A stretch of 64,000 bases of DNA from Camelus dromedarius (Eukaryota), in contig NC_087437.1 of assembly GCF_036321535.1 (NCBI RefSeq), positions 19,346,001-19,410,000 on the forward strand. The letters are read 5' to 3'. Under the pieces are notes generated by a model. The model was not told the origin of the DNA. It made no database searches and saw only the letters and a program-made list of their open reading frames with translations. Positions 12,344 through 25,800 of the stretch are shown in pieces. The position numbers and the translations under genes are program-made. Every line of letters starts with the position of its first letter. Within the stretch, counting starts at the first letter, position 1.

Positions 12344-12909
12344 TTTTTTTTTTTTAACATTTTTTATTGATTTATAATCATTTTACAATGTTGTGTCAAA
12401 TTCCAGTGTAGAGCACAATTTCTCAGTCATACACGAACATACATATATTCATTGTCACATTTTTTTCTCCGTGAGCTACCATAAGATCTTGTGTATATTT
12501 CCCTGTGCTATACAGTATAATCTTGTTTATCTATTCTACAATGTTGAAATCCCATCTATCCTTTCCCACCCTCCACCCCCTTGGCAACCACAAGTTTGTA
12601 TTCTATGTCTATGAGTCTATTTCTGTTTTGTATTTATGCTTTGTTTTTTTGTTTTTGTTTTTGTTTTTTAGATACCACATATGAGTGATCTCACATGGTA
12701 TTTTTCTTTCTCTTTCTGGCTTACTTCACTTAGAATGACATTCTCCAGGAGCATCCATGTTGCTGCAAATGGCATTATGTTGTTGGTTTTTATGGCTGAG
12801 TAGTATTCCATTGTATAAATATACCACATCTTCTTTATCCAGTCACCTGTTGATGGACATTTAGGCTGTTTCCATGTCTTGGCTATTGTAAATAGTGCTG
12901 CTATGAACA
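12344..12909 (-). mobile_element. 5'-truncated L1 with perfect TSD
   Basis: ORF2 C-terminus (MFIAALFTIAKTWKQPKCP...) plus 3'UTR and poly(A). TSD TTCCCCCCTCTT at 12332-12343 and 12910-12921. Confidence 0.92.
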
Positions 12910-13316
12910 TTCCCCCCTCTTAATTAATTTAATGTTTTGGTTTTTGTTCATTTAGAGACAATAAGTTAGCTCTCTAACTGTTTGTAATTTGGAAAGGCCT
13001 TTAACTCTCAATATATTTCTGTAGGGCATACATAAATTAGATTACAAAGTCCTCTAAATTAAAAGAGATTTGTTCTGATTGGTTTATAGAATAAATAAGT
13101 GCCAACAGAAAATCCTGAAAAACAAGGTAATTAGACTTCTAACACTTTAAATGTGCTCTAAAAATGTACAAAAATTATTCTTTATGAAGCTCCCCTGGAA
13201 ACTTTTTAAGAATACAAATTCACATAATTAAAGTAAATGGCAAACACAATCAGTTTACTCATATGGGTTTAGTAAAAAACAACTCTGTTTTCTCTGAATT
13301 ATCATTGTTAAGTATA

Positions 13317-13534
13317 CAGTTGTCCCTTGAACAACATGGGTTTGAACTGTGCAGGTCCACTTATACATGGATTTTTTTCACTAAATGAGTCCTATGTACT
13401 ACGCCATCCACAGTTGGTTGGTTCCGTGGATGCTGAACTGTGGGTAGGAAGGGCTGACTGTCAGGTTACACGGGGATTTTCAGTTGCATGGAGGGTTGGT
13501 GCCTCTCACCCTTGCATCATTCAAGGGTCAACTC
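13317..13534 (+). mobile_element. Tigger2/MER8-type TcMar MITE
   Basis: TIRs CAGTTGTCCCTTGAA ... TTCAAGGGTCAACTC, flanked by TA on both sides. Confidence 0.85.
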
Positions 13535-14621
13535 TAATACAAGCAAACATTTTTTTTTCTACTTGGGCATGTTTTTCCCAAACATTTACAGGTTTGCTGA
13601 TCAAATTAGCTAACATTATTCTTACATAATGCTGAAGATTATGAAGAAGGTAAATTTATGTCTGACTAAATCAAATCATTATTCTGACAAACTTAATTTC
13701 AACAGTAATTATGTTTTGTAGTGTGTCAGCTCGAAGATAATTTCCCAGATCCCCTGGTAACTTAAAAAATTTGAAGCTGATATTAAATTAAATTAATTAT
13801 GTAATCCATGGATAGCTAGGTGCTTTCTATGTAGCAGAGAACACTGACACGTTGATTACCAAGCATCATTTTGCTTATTTGTATACGCGTGAAGACGAGC
13901 TAGAGCTGTGAGTCATGGTAATGAATGTGCTCGTTTTTGCCACACGGGAATGCACGTGACTGTGAAATCATTGTATTATAGACTTTGCTAACCTGCTAAA
14001 TGCTTCAGTAGGACAGGAAGTTCTCAATAATCTGCACGCTAGTTTTCTCTGCAAAATAGAAGTTACTTTGCTGAAAAGTTATAATTAATACGAGTGGCTG
14101 CACTAGGAGCAATAAAGACAGAGAAATGTAACCAACAATATGCTCTTGCTTTTCCAGAAGTGGTGGTTCTCGGGATCTTTATTCCTCAGACCGCTTCACA
14201 CTTACTGAGGGTCACAAAGACCTCCTCTATGTGTGGTTACAACTATTTATGTCTACTCAAAAATCAAAACTGAGAAATACTTCAAATACTCATTTATTCA
14301 TTTGAAGATGGCAATGATGAATACATAGCATGTTAGAAATACCATCTAAATGCTATTATGAAATTAGATTTGAACTTGTGGACCCCTTGAGATCTATGTT
14401 AGAATAAAAGTGTCACCAGAGTATGAAAGGGCAAACTAAAGGATAAAACTTGGATTTGTCCTGAATCAGATAAGTGAATTTTATTTGTCCTGTTTTATAC
14501 TACTAGCTCTCATAAACTACAAAATGTGTTAAACGTTTTGCAAAGTTCTCAATCTTGATAGACTTGCTTCCTTGTTTTTCTGATTAATGTCTTCACCTAC
14601 AGTGCAAATGGTAATTTTTTT

Positions 14622-14734
14622 TAGGGGGACCTACCTTTCTGATTGGCCTGGGACTGAGGGATTTCCTGGGATGTGGAACTTTCAGTGCTAAAACCAGGAC
14701 AGTCCTGGGGAAACAAGGATGGATGGTTGCCCTA
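14622..14734 (+). mobile_element. MER81-like hAT-Blackjack MITE
   Basis: TAGGG...CCCTA ends; core 'gggactgagggatttcctgggatgtggaactttcagtgctaaaacc'. Confidence 0.75.
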
Positions 14735-15311
14735 TTTACTCGCTCTGTGATCTGCCGAGAAAGCAAAGATCCTGTGATTTACCTGAATAAGTTTACATGC
14801 TATATATTGACTTTACACTCTTAATTATAAAAAAGGAGAAAAGAAAGAAGAGGAAGAGGAGGAGGAAAAAAGAGAAGGAAAAAGACTCGTGACTTAAGAA
14901 AATGTTGACTGTTCTTTACAATCTTGTTACCCCCTGTATTTATTTTTAAATGTTTCATTGTCACTTTGATTCAGTAAGCAACAAAGTATTGTTTCACCGG
15001 TGCTCAGGAGCCTGTCTTCTTATTCAACTGTCCGGATCTCCTCTGACAACTCTTTTGATTTTTCCCTTCCAAAAATCAGATCTGAAAAACAGAAGAAAAT
15101 AAAATAAAACTTGCTGTTCATCGTATACATCTAAAATAGTCCTTGAGATTTCCCAGAGGGTTCCTGGAGAAGCACAAAAAAATTGTCCTTTTATCTTATA
15201 AAAAGGGATGCTAGAAATAATCAGGTTTGGTGAGTTGCATGGTAAGAGCTGTCAAATCAGAAGAGATACTCACCCTTCCCTAGGTTAAATTTGTGTAGGG
15301 AAGGTGTTACT

Positions 15312-15404
15312 ATTATTTTTTAAAATGGAAGTACAGGGGGATTGAACTTGGGACCTTATGCATGCTAAGTACGTGCTCTACCACTGAGCTACACTCTCGC
15401 CCCA
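15312..15404 (-). mobile_element. tRNA-derived SINE (Vic-1-like)
   Basis: 'ggggattgaac...catgctaag...ctctaccactgagctac'. Confidence 0.8.
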
Positions 15405-17899
15405 GTAAGATATTATTAATAAAAATATTTTAGAAATTTCATGCTTTATGGGAAGCCCCTGAAGATTTGTCAATGCCTCGCTTTCTGTATATGTTTTAAT
15501 TTCAGGGAAAACACTGATTGAAATTCTTATGAAATAGTTCTGCTAAATTTCCTCCCTATTTATCTGAGTCTTGGTAGTGTTTTGCCTTAAGATATTGAGC
15601 AACAACATATCTCAATTATTGTTTAAAATGTTGATTGCCACAGTCTTCTTTCTTTTTAAAAAAACTTTGAATCAAGTAATTTTTAGGCCAGTAGTTCTCA
15701 GTGCATATCAGACCTAATCATAAAGTTTTACAGAAATACTGAAGTCTAGACCCTACTCTAGATTTACTGAATCTCTTTATTCGATAATCTTGATATATTA
15801 TATACATATTATATCTAAGGATTATCATATGTTATATCTCAAAAATTTTCCCCTTGATTTTGTAAATCAGATGCAGCATTCATTGACTTCTTAAAAAGTA
15901 GACTTCATCATCAATCTAAGAGATGTTTGTTTAAAACAGTTTTGGGGGAGTAAGAGTTTATTATCTTTGTTTTGTATGACACCAACCAAACAACCAAATA
16001 TCCTTGTCAGTTGCATTATTCTTACTTTATATTTATTATAAACTCTTATCAGTCATTTTACACTTGAAAATTTTCAGTAATAAGCTAACCATAGCTTTGT
16101 CATTTGTAAATAGTTTTTGTTTTATTCTAATGCTTGCTAAACTCTCGCCTGCAAGCAACAGGCCAGAGTTTGTGTCTTCAAAAAAGAAGGAAAATCTCAG
16201 AGCCTTGTGGAAAGAGGTGCTTCAAAATATTAACCTTCCAAGAACTCAACTCTTGGGTGGAGGCATCTGAGCTAGAATCACTTAGGCAACTTTCAGACCG
16301 TATCAATGGGCTGATTGAGGGTTTTTAGAATTCTTTTTAGTTGAGAAACAAATGGCTTCAGGAGACTACTAACCCAAGATCCAGTGGAACAAGAATTAAT
16401 TACAGAGAACTGAATGAATTAATGAGCAAAATTTTATTGTGGTTATTTGTTTGGAATATTGCTGATGCTGTGTTAAGGTACTATTTTCCAGATATGTAAG
16501 GAAGCCCTTTCTGTTTCTTCTCATGCTCCTTGTGACCCATACCAATTTGTAGACTCTGCTTTTGTAAACGAAAATGAAACATTTGAAAGTGATATCTAAT
16601 TTTACCAAGTCCCTAGAAGTCAGAAACTCTGAGTCTCCTTTTCATGGCAATATAGTTATTTACGTAGGTTTAGTAAGAATCTGTCTTCCTTTCTGCCAGA
16701 ACATAGTTAAACACATTGATTAAATATCAAGGCCTTCCTGCAGTACCATAGTTGAGAACAATGCTCTTTTTCAATCAGGTATGACAAGTAACTTTAAGGA
16801 ACAATGTCTGATTGTACTTAAAAAGATGTTGCCTCTTATAAGCTCCCAGGAAAACTGGTCTGGGTGCCTGGTTTACAGGGTCCAGTCTCAAAGGTGGTAA
16901 GGAAGATCACTTCCTGGCAGGCCAAAAAAAAACCTAAGTTATTTTGGGAACCTTGAGAACAGAAGAATTCATCTAACTTTACAAGTAAAATCTGGTAGAG
17001 AGAATTTCTTGGGTTTATTTCATTGCCTTGGGAGAGCAAATCATAGAAGTTTTTAAAAGCCCAATTTGAGATGCTTTATGAAAACTTTCAGATGGAATGT
17101 AATTTTGTAATTGTTCAAATTTGTTCTGCTCTGGCTACCACACAGCAAATTTCAAGAGACCTATCTGAACACTCCTCCTGCACCTATGTACATAATCGGG
17201 CCAAACCTTATGAGAACAGTGTTATTTTATCATCAAGAATAATCTTTCTTGAGATGATTATGATTACAAGTGAGACAGACTATCAGGAAACTTGTAAAAG
17301 ACTTTGAAATGGCAAAAAAAAAGAGTGTTCTGTCTAGCCTCCCCATCCAAGTTATCTTGTATGTCTTTATCTAGGCTATTTTCCAACTCTGCAGGGATAG
17401 AAGTAAACTTGCAGAAGTCATAATAAGGCACATATTTCCAGTTTATAGCTATGCAAATGACTCCTGAACATGGCAATGTGGACAGATTTTTTTTAGGTAG
17501 GAAATATAAATCTGAAAGTCAAATCCTCCTTTGTAAGAGTTTTAACATCTTACTGGTTCCCTCACTAATTAATAAGTTAAATAAAATCTTTGCCAAATGT
17601 TCACGTTTGTATGAGGATCATGATTTTATCTTCTTTAAAAAATCTAATCTTCAACACTTTTATTGTCATTTTAGTGAAATTTTGGGAAAGAGCAGTGATA
17701 AATTCATGTATTCAATCTGTATTTTTAAACTGAAAGTTCTGTGCCAACTCCTAATTTATAAGTACTCTAAAGATATCAAATATTTCCTTCATTGGTTCTA
17801 AAGTCTTAGAATGGCTTTCCCTACCCCAAGACTTTTTAAAAAATTACAAACAAACACATCACATGTTTACTTCTAGAACACTTACGCTTTCATTTTTAG

Positions 17900-20800
17900 C
17901 CTATAAACTTTGATTCAGCTTAATTATTTTCCCAAATGTGTGATTGATTATCTTCAAATCATTTCCTCACTAATTTAAAATTCCGTTTTGTTGTGAAAGT
18001 GAGAAATGTTTCATACTCAATTTAGATATTAATTTAGGAAGAAAGGACATTTTTATAATGTTGAGTTCTCCTATGGAAGAGCAGGGTAGGGCTTTCCACT
18101 CATCCAAATCTTATTTTATATGAAGAATGAGTTTAAAGTTTTTGTGAATGTATCTTTCATATTTTTGTTAGTTATTTCTAAATGTTTTGTCAGTTGTTAC
18201 TAATATAAGTGAAATATTATCTCCCACTGTATTTTCTAATTGTTTCTTGTTTGAATATAGAAAAGCTACTGACTTGGGCATATTTTGTGACCAATTACTT
18301 TTTAAAATTCTCTTATTATCTGTAACAGTTTTTTGGTTTAATTGCTTGTATTCTTGTATTTTCATGAATACAATAATATCATGTACAAATAATGATAGTT
18401 TTGCCTCCTTGTTTCCAATTTTTACACCTTTATTCTTTTTGATTGTCCAACTGCAATGGCTAATCCTTCCAGAAAAGTATTAGTGGTGTCCTGTCTTATT
18501 CCTGACTTTAGTAGAAATGCTTTTAATGTCTTGCCAATAAGACTGATTAGTTAGTTTCTAGTCTAATATATCTTGTTAAGAAGTCAGCCATCCATGTCCA
18601 TTTTACCAAGCTTTTATTTTTAAGTTTAGTCAGAAATGGATGTTCAGCATCTATGGAGATGATCATATAATTTTCTCTTTTGACAGATTAATAAGATGAA
18701 TCACACTGAACCTCCCTTACGTTCTAGGAGTTAACACCATTGTTGCTGATGTATTGTTCTTTTAATGTACTTTTTGATTATATTTTTAAGAATGTTTACA
18801 TAGATATTTATGAATTAGATTAATATGTAGTTTTCTTTATTTAGACTATCTTATCTGGTTTGGGTATAAATATTGCATTTGTATTATGCAGTAAAATGAA
18901 TTTGTAAAATGAATTTGGAAGCTTTTCTTCTTTTTCACTCTGCTCTAGACTGCTTTTTATAAACAGCGTAAGGATTGGAAGTGAAGACTTAAAACTGTCA
19001 CTATTTGAGATGATATAATCATTGACCTGGGAAAAATCACGATCAACACTCAATCTGTTAGAACTGATGAGAGAGTTCAGAAAGTTTGCCAGATAGAAGA
19101 GCAAACTATGAAAATCAATAGCATTGCCTTCTGCCAGCCATAACTTACTAGAAAATATAAGAAAAAAGAAGAAATTTTTCACAAGGGCAAGAAATCTACA
19201 AAGATTATAGGAATTATCAGAAACAAAACCACACAGTCTGTCTGGAGAAATCGTAAAACCTTTGTTAAAGGACGCATAAAATGATTGACTAAAAGGGGAG
19301 ACATGCTACACTCTTGAATTAGATAATTTAACATTCTGAAGGCTTCTATTCCCCACAAATCCATCTATAAATTCAATGCATTCTCAAACAAAATTCCAGG
19401 AAGAATTTTTTTTTTTTGGTGGGGGATCATGATAAAATTGCTCTAGAGTTTATGTGGAGGAACAAACGTCCATGAATAGCTTTGTCTAAGAAGGCTGAAG
19501 GGTGAGGATTTGTCTTAACAATATTAAGATATACTACAATACCGAAGTAATAAATACACTGTGGTATTAACACAAGTGCAGACAGATAGAACAAAGGAGC
19601 AGAATAGAGAGCTCAGAGGGAGATCCCTGTGTGTATGGAAAGTTAATGTGCAATAGAAGTGACACCAGTAATCAATGGGAAAGGGACAAAAAGTGAGTAA
19701 AAGTAAAACCAGATATCTTCCTGACGCTCTATGCAAAGGTGCAATGTAAGTGACTGAAAAGACCTAAACATGAATGGTAAAACGATGACATTTTTGGAAG
19801 AAAATGTAGGAGACTGGTTTTGGACCTAAGGGCCAGGAAAGACTTCTTAAAATTTCAGAAGCACAAACCATAAGGCAAATAAAGTATTTATATTTATTAC
19901 ACATACATTAAGGATTTCTGTTCAACAAAGGGCATTATTGACAAGTTTAACTTATGACAAGATGGGAGAAGACAGTTGCAATACCTAAAGCCAACAAGTA
20001 AATAATATCTAGAATGTACAAGGAATTCCCTGCAAATCAATGAAAAAAAGATAGCAATCCTAATTGATTAAAAAATGATCAAAGGACACATACTAGCATT
20101 AGTACTAGTAAAGAAGAGAAGAATTAAAATTCTAACAAACATATAAAATAATGTGTAAACTCATTAGGAATTAGAGAAATGTGAATTGGGTGACAATGAG
20201 ATACTTCTTGACATCTGGTAAACCAGCCCAAGAGAGACACTTTGGTGGGAAATGTGGGGGTTATAGGGATGTGGTAACTTGAGGACATGTAGACACAGCC
20301 ATCCTTGAGCACAGTCTGGCCCTATTCATTCAAACACATTGTCTATACATTCCCTGCACCCTGGCATTTCTGTGCCTTAGTGCATATCCTGAGGCAATTC
20401 TCACATAAATGCATGAGGGGATTGTCCAGGGATGTTGTAGGAAACCTGTGTGTGTATTTCTTACTGGGGAGGTGGCAAGGGAACACGCAGTGGATGCACA
20501 TCATGAAGCATTATGCAGCACAAAGAAGCCGTTATACAATGTCTACAGAATTATACATGAATGGACTCCAAGAAATGAATGGAGCAAAAAAAAAAAAAAA
20601 AAAAGGAAACACAAGGAGATATGTAACAGGATACTGTTTACATAAATTAAAAATTAATACCACAAAACACTGCACATCTTGCAAAAATATGTTAACACTA
20701 AACTTATTAAAATTATTGCTTTCATTGGAGAGGGGATGAGAGTACAAATATAAAAAAGAATAAATATATTCACACCAAAAAAAAAAAAACCAAACCTGTG

Positions 20801-22875
20801 AAACCTTGAAAGAAAAAAATGCAATAACATTATTGTTTCATTCAGGATTTAATAAAGTTTGCCTATGAAATCAATGGGTCTGGTGCTTTTGTGAGGAACA
20901 ATCACTCTTTGACAGCTTGCTCAATTTCAACCAAGGTAATTGATCTTTTTAGATCTTCTGTCTATTTGGGGTCAATTTTGATTTTTTATATTTTATGTGA
21001 AAATCTTCCATTTCTTGACGAAATAATCACACTTACTTTTATTTCCTTGTATCAGTGGCTATTTCCTCATTTGAATTTTAATTTTGTTACTTATGGTTTC
21101 TCACTTAAAAAAATTTTTTGTTAGCTAGTGGTTTCTCTACTTTATTTTTAAACTTCCAACACTTGGTTTTGTCCTATTTTTCTATCTTCAATGTCATTAG
21201 TTTCTGCTTTTTGCTTTACCAAGTCCTTCTTCCAATTATCCTTATGCTTATGTTACTGTTCTTTTCCTAACTTTTAAATTTGTAATTTGATTATTTTCAT
21301 AATTTCTTTGTTGAGTATTATTTAAGGATATGAATATTTCCTCTGACCCCTGTTTTAATTGTATCCTTAGGATTTTATAGGTAGTGTTATTTTTAAAGCT
21401 TTTTATTTTGATATAACTATAGACTCACAAGAAGCTGCAAAAAATGTACAAATAGGTTCCACAGACCCACCACCTAGCTTCCTCCAGTGTGACGTCTTCC
21501 ATAATTGTAGAGCAAAAAAGATCTTGGTATTATCAAAACCAAGAAATTGGTTGGCACCATTAACTCAATTGACTACAGATCTTAGATTTCACTGTTTTTT
21601 TTGCATGCGCTCAGTTTTTGTGTGTCTTTCTGTACAATTCTCTGATTTTCAATCACGTGTATAGACTCATACAACCATGGGCATAATCAAGACACAGAAT
21701 TGTTCTGTCTCCACAAAAGAAGTCCCTCGTGCTGCCCTTTTATAGTCACACCCTCCTGCCCCCTTCCCTAACCTCTCACAGCCACAGATATGTCCCCCAT
21801 CTCTATAATTTTGTCATTTATGTGTCATAAAAACAAGATCATATAATATGCAACTTTTGAGGTTGCCTTTTTCACTTTGCTTCATGCCTTAAGATCCATC
21901 CAGATTATTGTTAAGTATCAATAGTTTGTGTCTTTAATTGCTGAGTAGTATTTCATTGTGTGCATGTACCACAATTTGTTTAACCTTTCATCTGTTGAAG
22001 GACATTTGTGCTTTTTTTAGTCTTTGGATTGCACAAATAAAGCATCTATGAACATTCATGCACAGGCTTTTGTGTGAATATAAGGTTTCACTTCTCTGGG
22101 GAAAATACCCAGGAATGCAACTGCTGGGTGTATGATAAATGTAGGTTTTACTTTTTAAGAAACTGCCAGGTTTATTTCCAGAGTGGCCCGACCATTTTAT
22201 ATTCCCACCGAAAATGTATGAGTGAGCTGCATTTTCGTCAACACTTGATACGGTCAGATTTTAAATTTTAGTCATTCTAACAAGTACTTCATGATATCTT
22301 ATTGTGATTTATTTGCATTTTTCAATGGCTAATCATGGTGAATATTTTTTAATGTATTTAATTGCTACTCTTGTATCTTCATTGGTGAAGTGTCTTTTCA
22401 AGTCTTTGGCCTATTTTCTATCCAGATTGCTTCCTTACTGTTGAATTCAGAGAGTTCTTTACATATTTTGTATATGAGTCCATTGCCAGATATGCGATGT
22501 GCAAATATTTTCTCTCATGCAGTCTTTTTTTTTTTTTGATTTCTAACTACTTTGCAATTTCAGTTTCTTTTTAAAATTAAAATATAGTTGATTTATGATG
22601 TTATATTGGTTTCAGGTGTAAAACATATACTCCATTGAAAGTTATTATAAAATATTGGCTGTATTCCCTGTGCTGTACATTGCAGACTTGTGTTTTATTT
22701 ATTTTACACCTAGTAGTCTGTACCCCTTAATCTCCTTCGCCTTTCTTGCCCCTTTCCATTACTTCTTTCCTCACTAGTTACCAGTGGTAACCACTAGTTT
22801 GCTCTGTATCTTTGAGTCTGTTTCTGTTTAGTTATATCTATTTGTTTGTTTTATTTTCTTGAGTCCACATATAGC
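17900..22875. mobile_element. Nested cluster of old L1 fragments (minus-strand L1M with a plus-strand L1 at ~18960-20760 and minus-strand 3' ends at ~21395-22520 and ~22575-22872)
   Basis: Degenerate ORF2-like and 3'UTR-like sequence in both orientations. No intact ORF. Internal boundaries approximate. Confidence 0.7.
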
Positions 22876-25800
22876 AGTTTCAGTTTTGATATGCTGTTTG
22901 AACCAAAAGTTTTTCAGATGAGTTAATGGGCCACAAAAAAGAATGGAATTTAATAATAAAACGACGTCAGTTAGGAAAGAGCTCATCCAGGGCTGATGGG
23001 AAAGGTGTCTTGCTTGGGCAGGACCTTCAGCTGAGTCTTGAAGAATAACTAGGGCCTGAGGGAAAGGTCTGTAGTGATTACAGCACCCTTGAGGGTTATC
23101 GGTTAGGGGCTATAAATGGTAAGAGTCCCAAAGTACAAAATAGTAGAGATATTCTTAAGACATCCCCCGGCCTTATCTTGATACGCCACATTAGAGTAGC
23201 ACCCTCTTAGCTGTGGCCTTTCTTGTGGGCCAAAGGTCCCCACCTACAGCTGCGTGGCAGGAAGGTTTCTTCACATGGTCTGGAGGTCTCTGTGGAAGGG
23301 CCATAAATGAAAGCGTGGACAAGGTTGGGCTGATAAACACAGTGTGTGAAGTTCAGTCTATTCATTAACTTCCTTGCACAGTCCAGTCGCTCAGAGAACA
23401 CGGACGCGGTGAGGAGGGAGAGGAGCACAGTGTGAGACCAGGTCCCACCTGCTGGAGGGCGTCTGATGGAGGCCGTGCAGGGTCAACGAGAGAGAACTCC
23501 CAGATAAGCAACCTGACCGGCCCTTATCTGCCAAGGTACCAGCAGCTCCAAACCAATCAAAACTGCGTGGAATTCTTAGGAAGAGTCAGTCAAAGAAGCC
23601 TTCTTGGAGGAGGGACTTTTTGAGCAAGTTCATAAAAATTCGCTAGAAAGGGAAGAACCAGGCATTTTTTCAGGGGTGTCAGGAAGAACACTAGTGTAGT
23701 GCAGGGGCCGTCACATCACTTCAGGACACAAGCCTGGCTCACACAGAAAGGGTGTGTCCGGGAGCTTCCGGGGAGGGACATCTGAAGGAGGTCTCGAAGT
23801 GCATCACCTGGACTACATCTCTGTGCCTTCTAGAAATGTCCACCCTCTCACCTTATCAATTATCTACCCAGTGTGCTCAGCACCCCCCTGCAGGGGGTCT
23901 TTCTAAGTCCTGTACCCTGCTCTGCCCTCTGTGTGCCGGCGAGCTCCTGTAGCATGGGCCGTCTGAGGTGTGCATTGGGCCCTGATGTAACATTTCCGTG
24001 TGAACGGTCCAGCCCTGGCCCTGGCGCTGAGCAGGTGATCAACATCCAGAGAAATGAAAGATGTCAGGGAACACCTCGGTTCACTAAAGCCATTTTGAAA
24101 CTGGTGTCTGATAACACCCCACTATTTATTTAGTAACATTGGTAGGGGTTTTGATTTTGTTTTTGTTTGGGTTTAACACAACCGAAATTTAGTCTCTCAC
24201 TTCAAGAGGCCAGAAGTTCAAAATTCAGATACTTACAAGGCTGGTTCCTTCTGGAGGTTCTGAGCAAGAATCAGCTCAGTGCCTCTCTCCTAGCTCCTAG
24301 TGGTTGTTGGCACTCTGGTGTGAAAACACATCACCCCAATTTCTGCTTCCATATTCAAATCGCCCTTTTTTCTGAGTGCCCTTTTTTGTCTCCTATAAGG
24401 ATAGGCATGTTAAATTTAGGATTCCCTTAATCCAGTATGATTTCATCTCCATTGGGTTTTAAATAATTAAACTAATAAGAGAAACTCCATCTTATTCTAT
24501 CCTCTAATTCTTGGCTTCTGTTGGATTCAAAAGAACAACCTGAGGCTTCTTAGAGCTTCCTTCTGGCTCTTCTAGCTCCTTGACATCCAGACTCTGAAAT
24601 GTGGCCTCATGGAAAGGGCACAGCCTTTGTCCTCACAAAGTCCCAGGTGCCAACCCCAGTGCTGCCTCTGGGTTCTGCTGTAAAGCCCTACAGAGAAGAA
24701 AGGAAGTCTTACCATCAGCAGATGAATCGTACTCCTGGGGTTCGGGGCACAAGGCATAGCTGTCCTTCATGGTTTCCATTGAGATCCAGTCCAGACAGGG
24801 CTGGAGCCTGACTCTCCAGTGATGAAGCATCTCTTCATCTCTTGCCTTGGATTTCTTCCATGAAGCCTTCCTGGAAGGCTCTCTCCATGTGATGGCTCTT
24901 AGTGGCTCCAGGCTGACATTCTAACTCTTTAGCATCCCCAAATGATAAAAAGCATCTCTTTCTCAGTGCTTTAAACTAAAAACCCAAGGTTATGTCCTTG
25001 TGCCAGGCCCAGTGACTGTGGGTTTGATTGGCCAGCCTGGTGTTGTGTGCTCAGCTCTGGAACTGGCAGGGGGCAAAGGAGGTAAGTCCTTCTAACCACA
25101 AGGACTGTTATTACCAGAAGAAAAGGGATCAGACTCGGAACAAGCAGATTGTCAGTGGTCTACTACACTGATGGTGAGGACTGAAGCGTGACTGCCCCTC
25201 TTCTCCACCCCACTGCCTTGCTGTGGCCTCTCACTGCCACTCTCTTGCACTATTGTTGGAGGACCGTCACACTTACCCCACTCCAATTCTCTCAGAGCCC
25301 CTAAACTGGAATCTGGCTCTGGAAGCACCACCACCTCCACACACTTTCCAATGTTCTCTTGACTACAGAGGTCTATGTGGATGGTTTATGGCAGAGAGAT
25401 CTGGCTGGAGGTGGGTGGTAGAGTTAGGTAGCTGGGATGGAGTGGAGATGCATGGTAGCCGTGGTGCAGGGCACCATGGTTCTGAACGCAGCCCTGGATA
25501 CCAGAGCATCTATGAGCTAAAGGAGACCAGATGGCCGAAGTGTACGACAGCCTCTCAGCCTCCCCGTCCAAGCAGCTTCACCCTCATCGCCCCCAGAAGA
25601 AAAGCGATTGCCTCCCATCCTTTGATCTAAAATGGAAAGTGCCTGGCTAACCCTGCCCATCAGCTCTGCAAGGGTACTCACAGTTATGCCAGATGGAGTT
25701 TGATTTTATACGGGATCATTTATTTGTTTAGAATTGTATTTATTTTAACTAGTTTTAAAAAACGTTTTTATCGTGGAGTATTTCAACCATCTAAACAAGC

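Larger units (their letters stand above)
12160..17330 (+). mobile_element. Degenerate non-coding ERV1 (MER4-group-like) internal region, interrupted by younger elements
   Basis: AT-rich sequence resembling MER4/MER34-type internal segments (e.g. 16390-17000 'cacttcctggcaggcc...gggaaccttgag'). No gag, pol or env ORF. Boundaries approximate. Confidence 0.5.

Noticed and set aside
12668..12910. ORFs with MF(I/T)AALFTIAKTWKQPKC (also 31768-31956 and 39583-39768)
   Set aside because: C-terminal fragments of L1 ORF2 in truncated retrotransposons, not host genes.
23884..23897. 14-bp palindrome CCCCCTGCAGGGGG
   Set aside because: Low complexity and isolated, with no supporting context.
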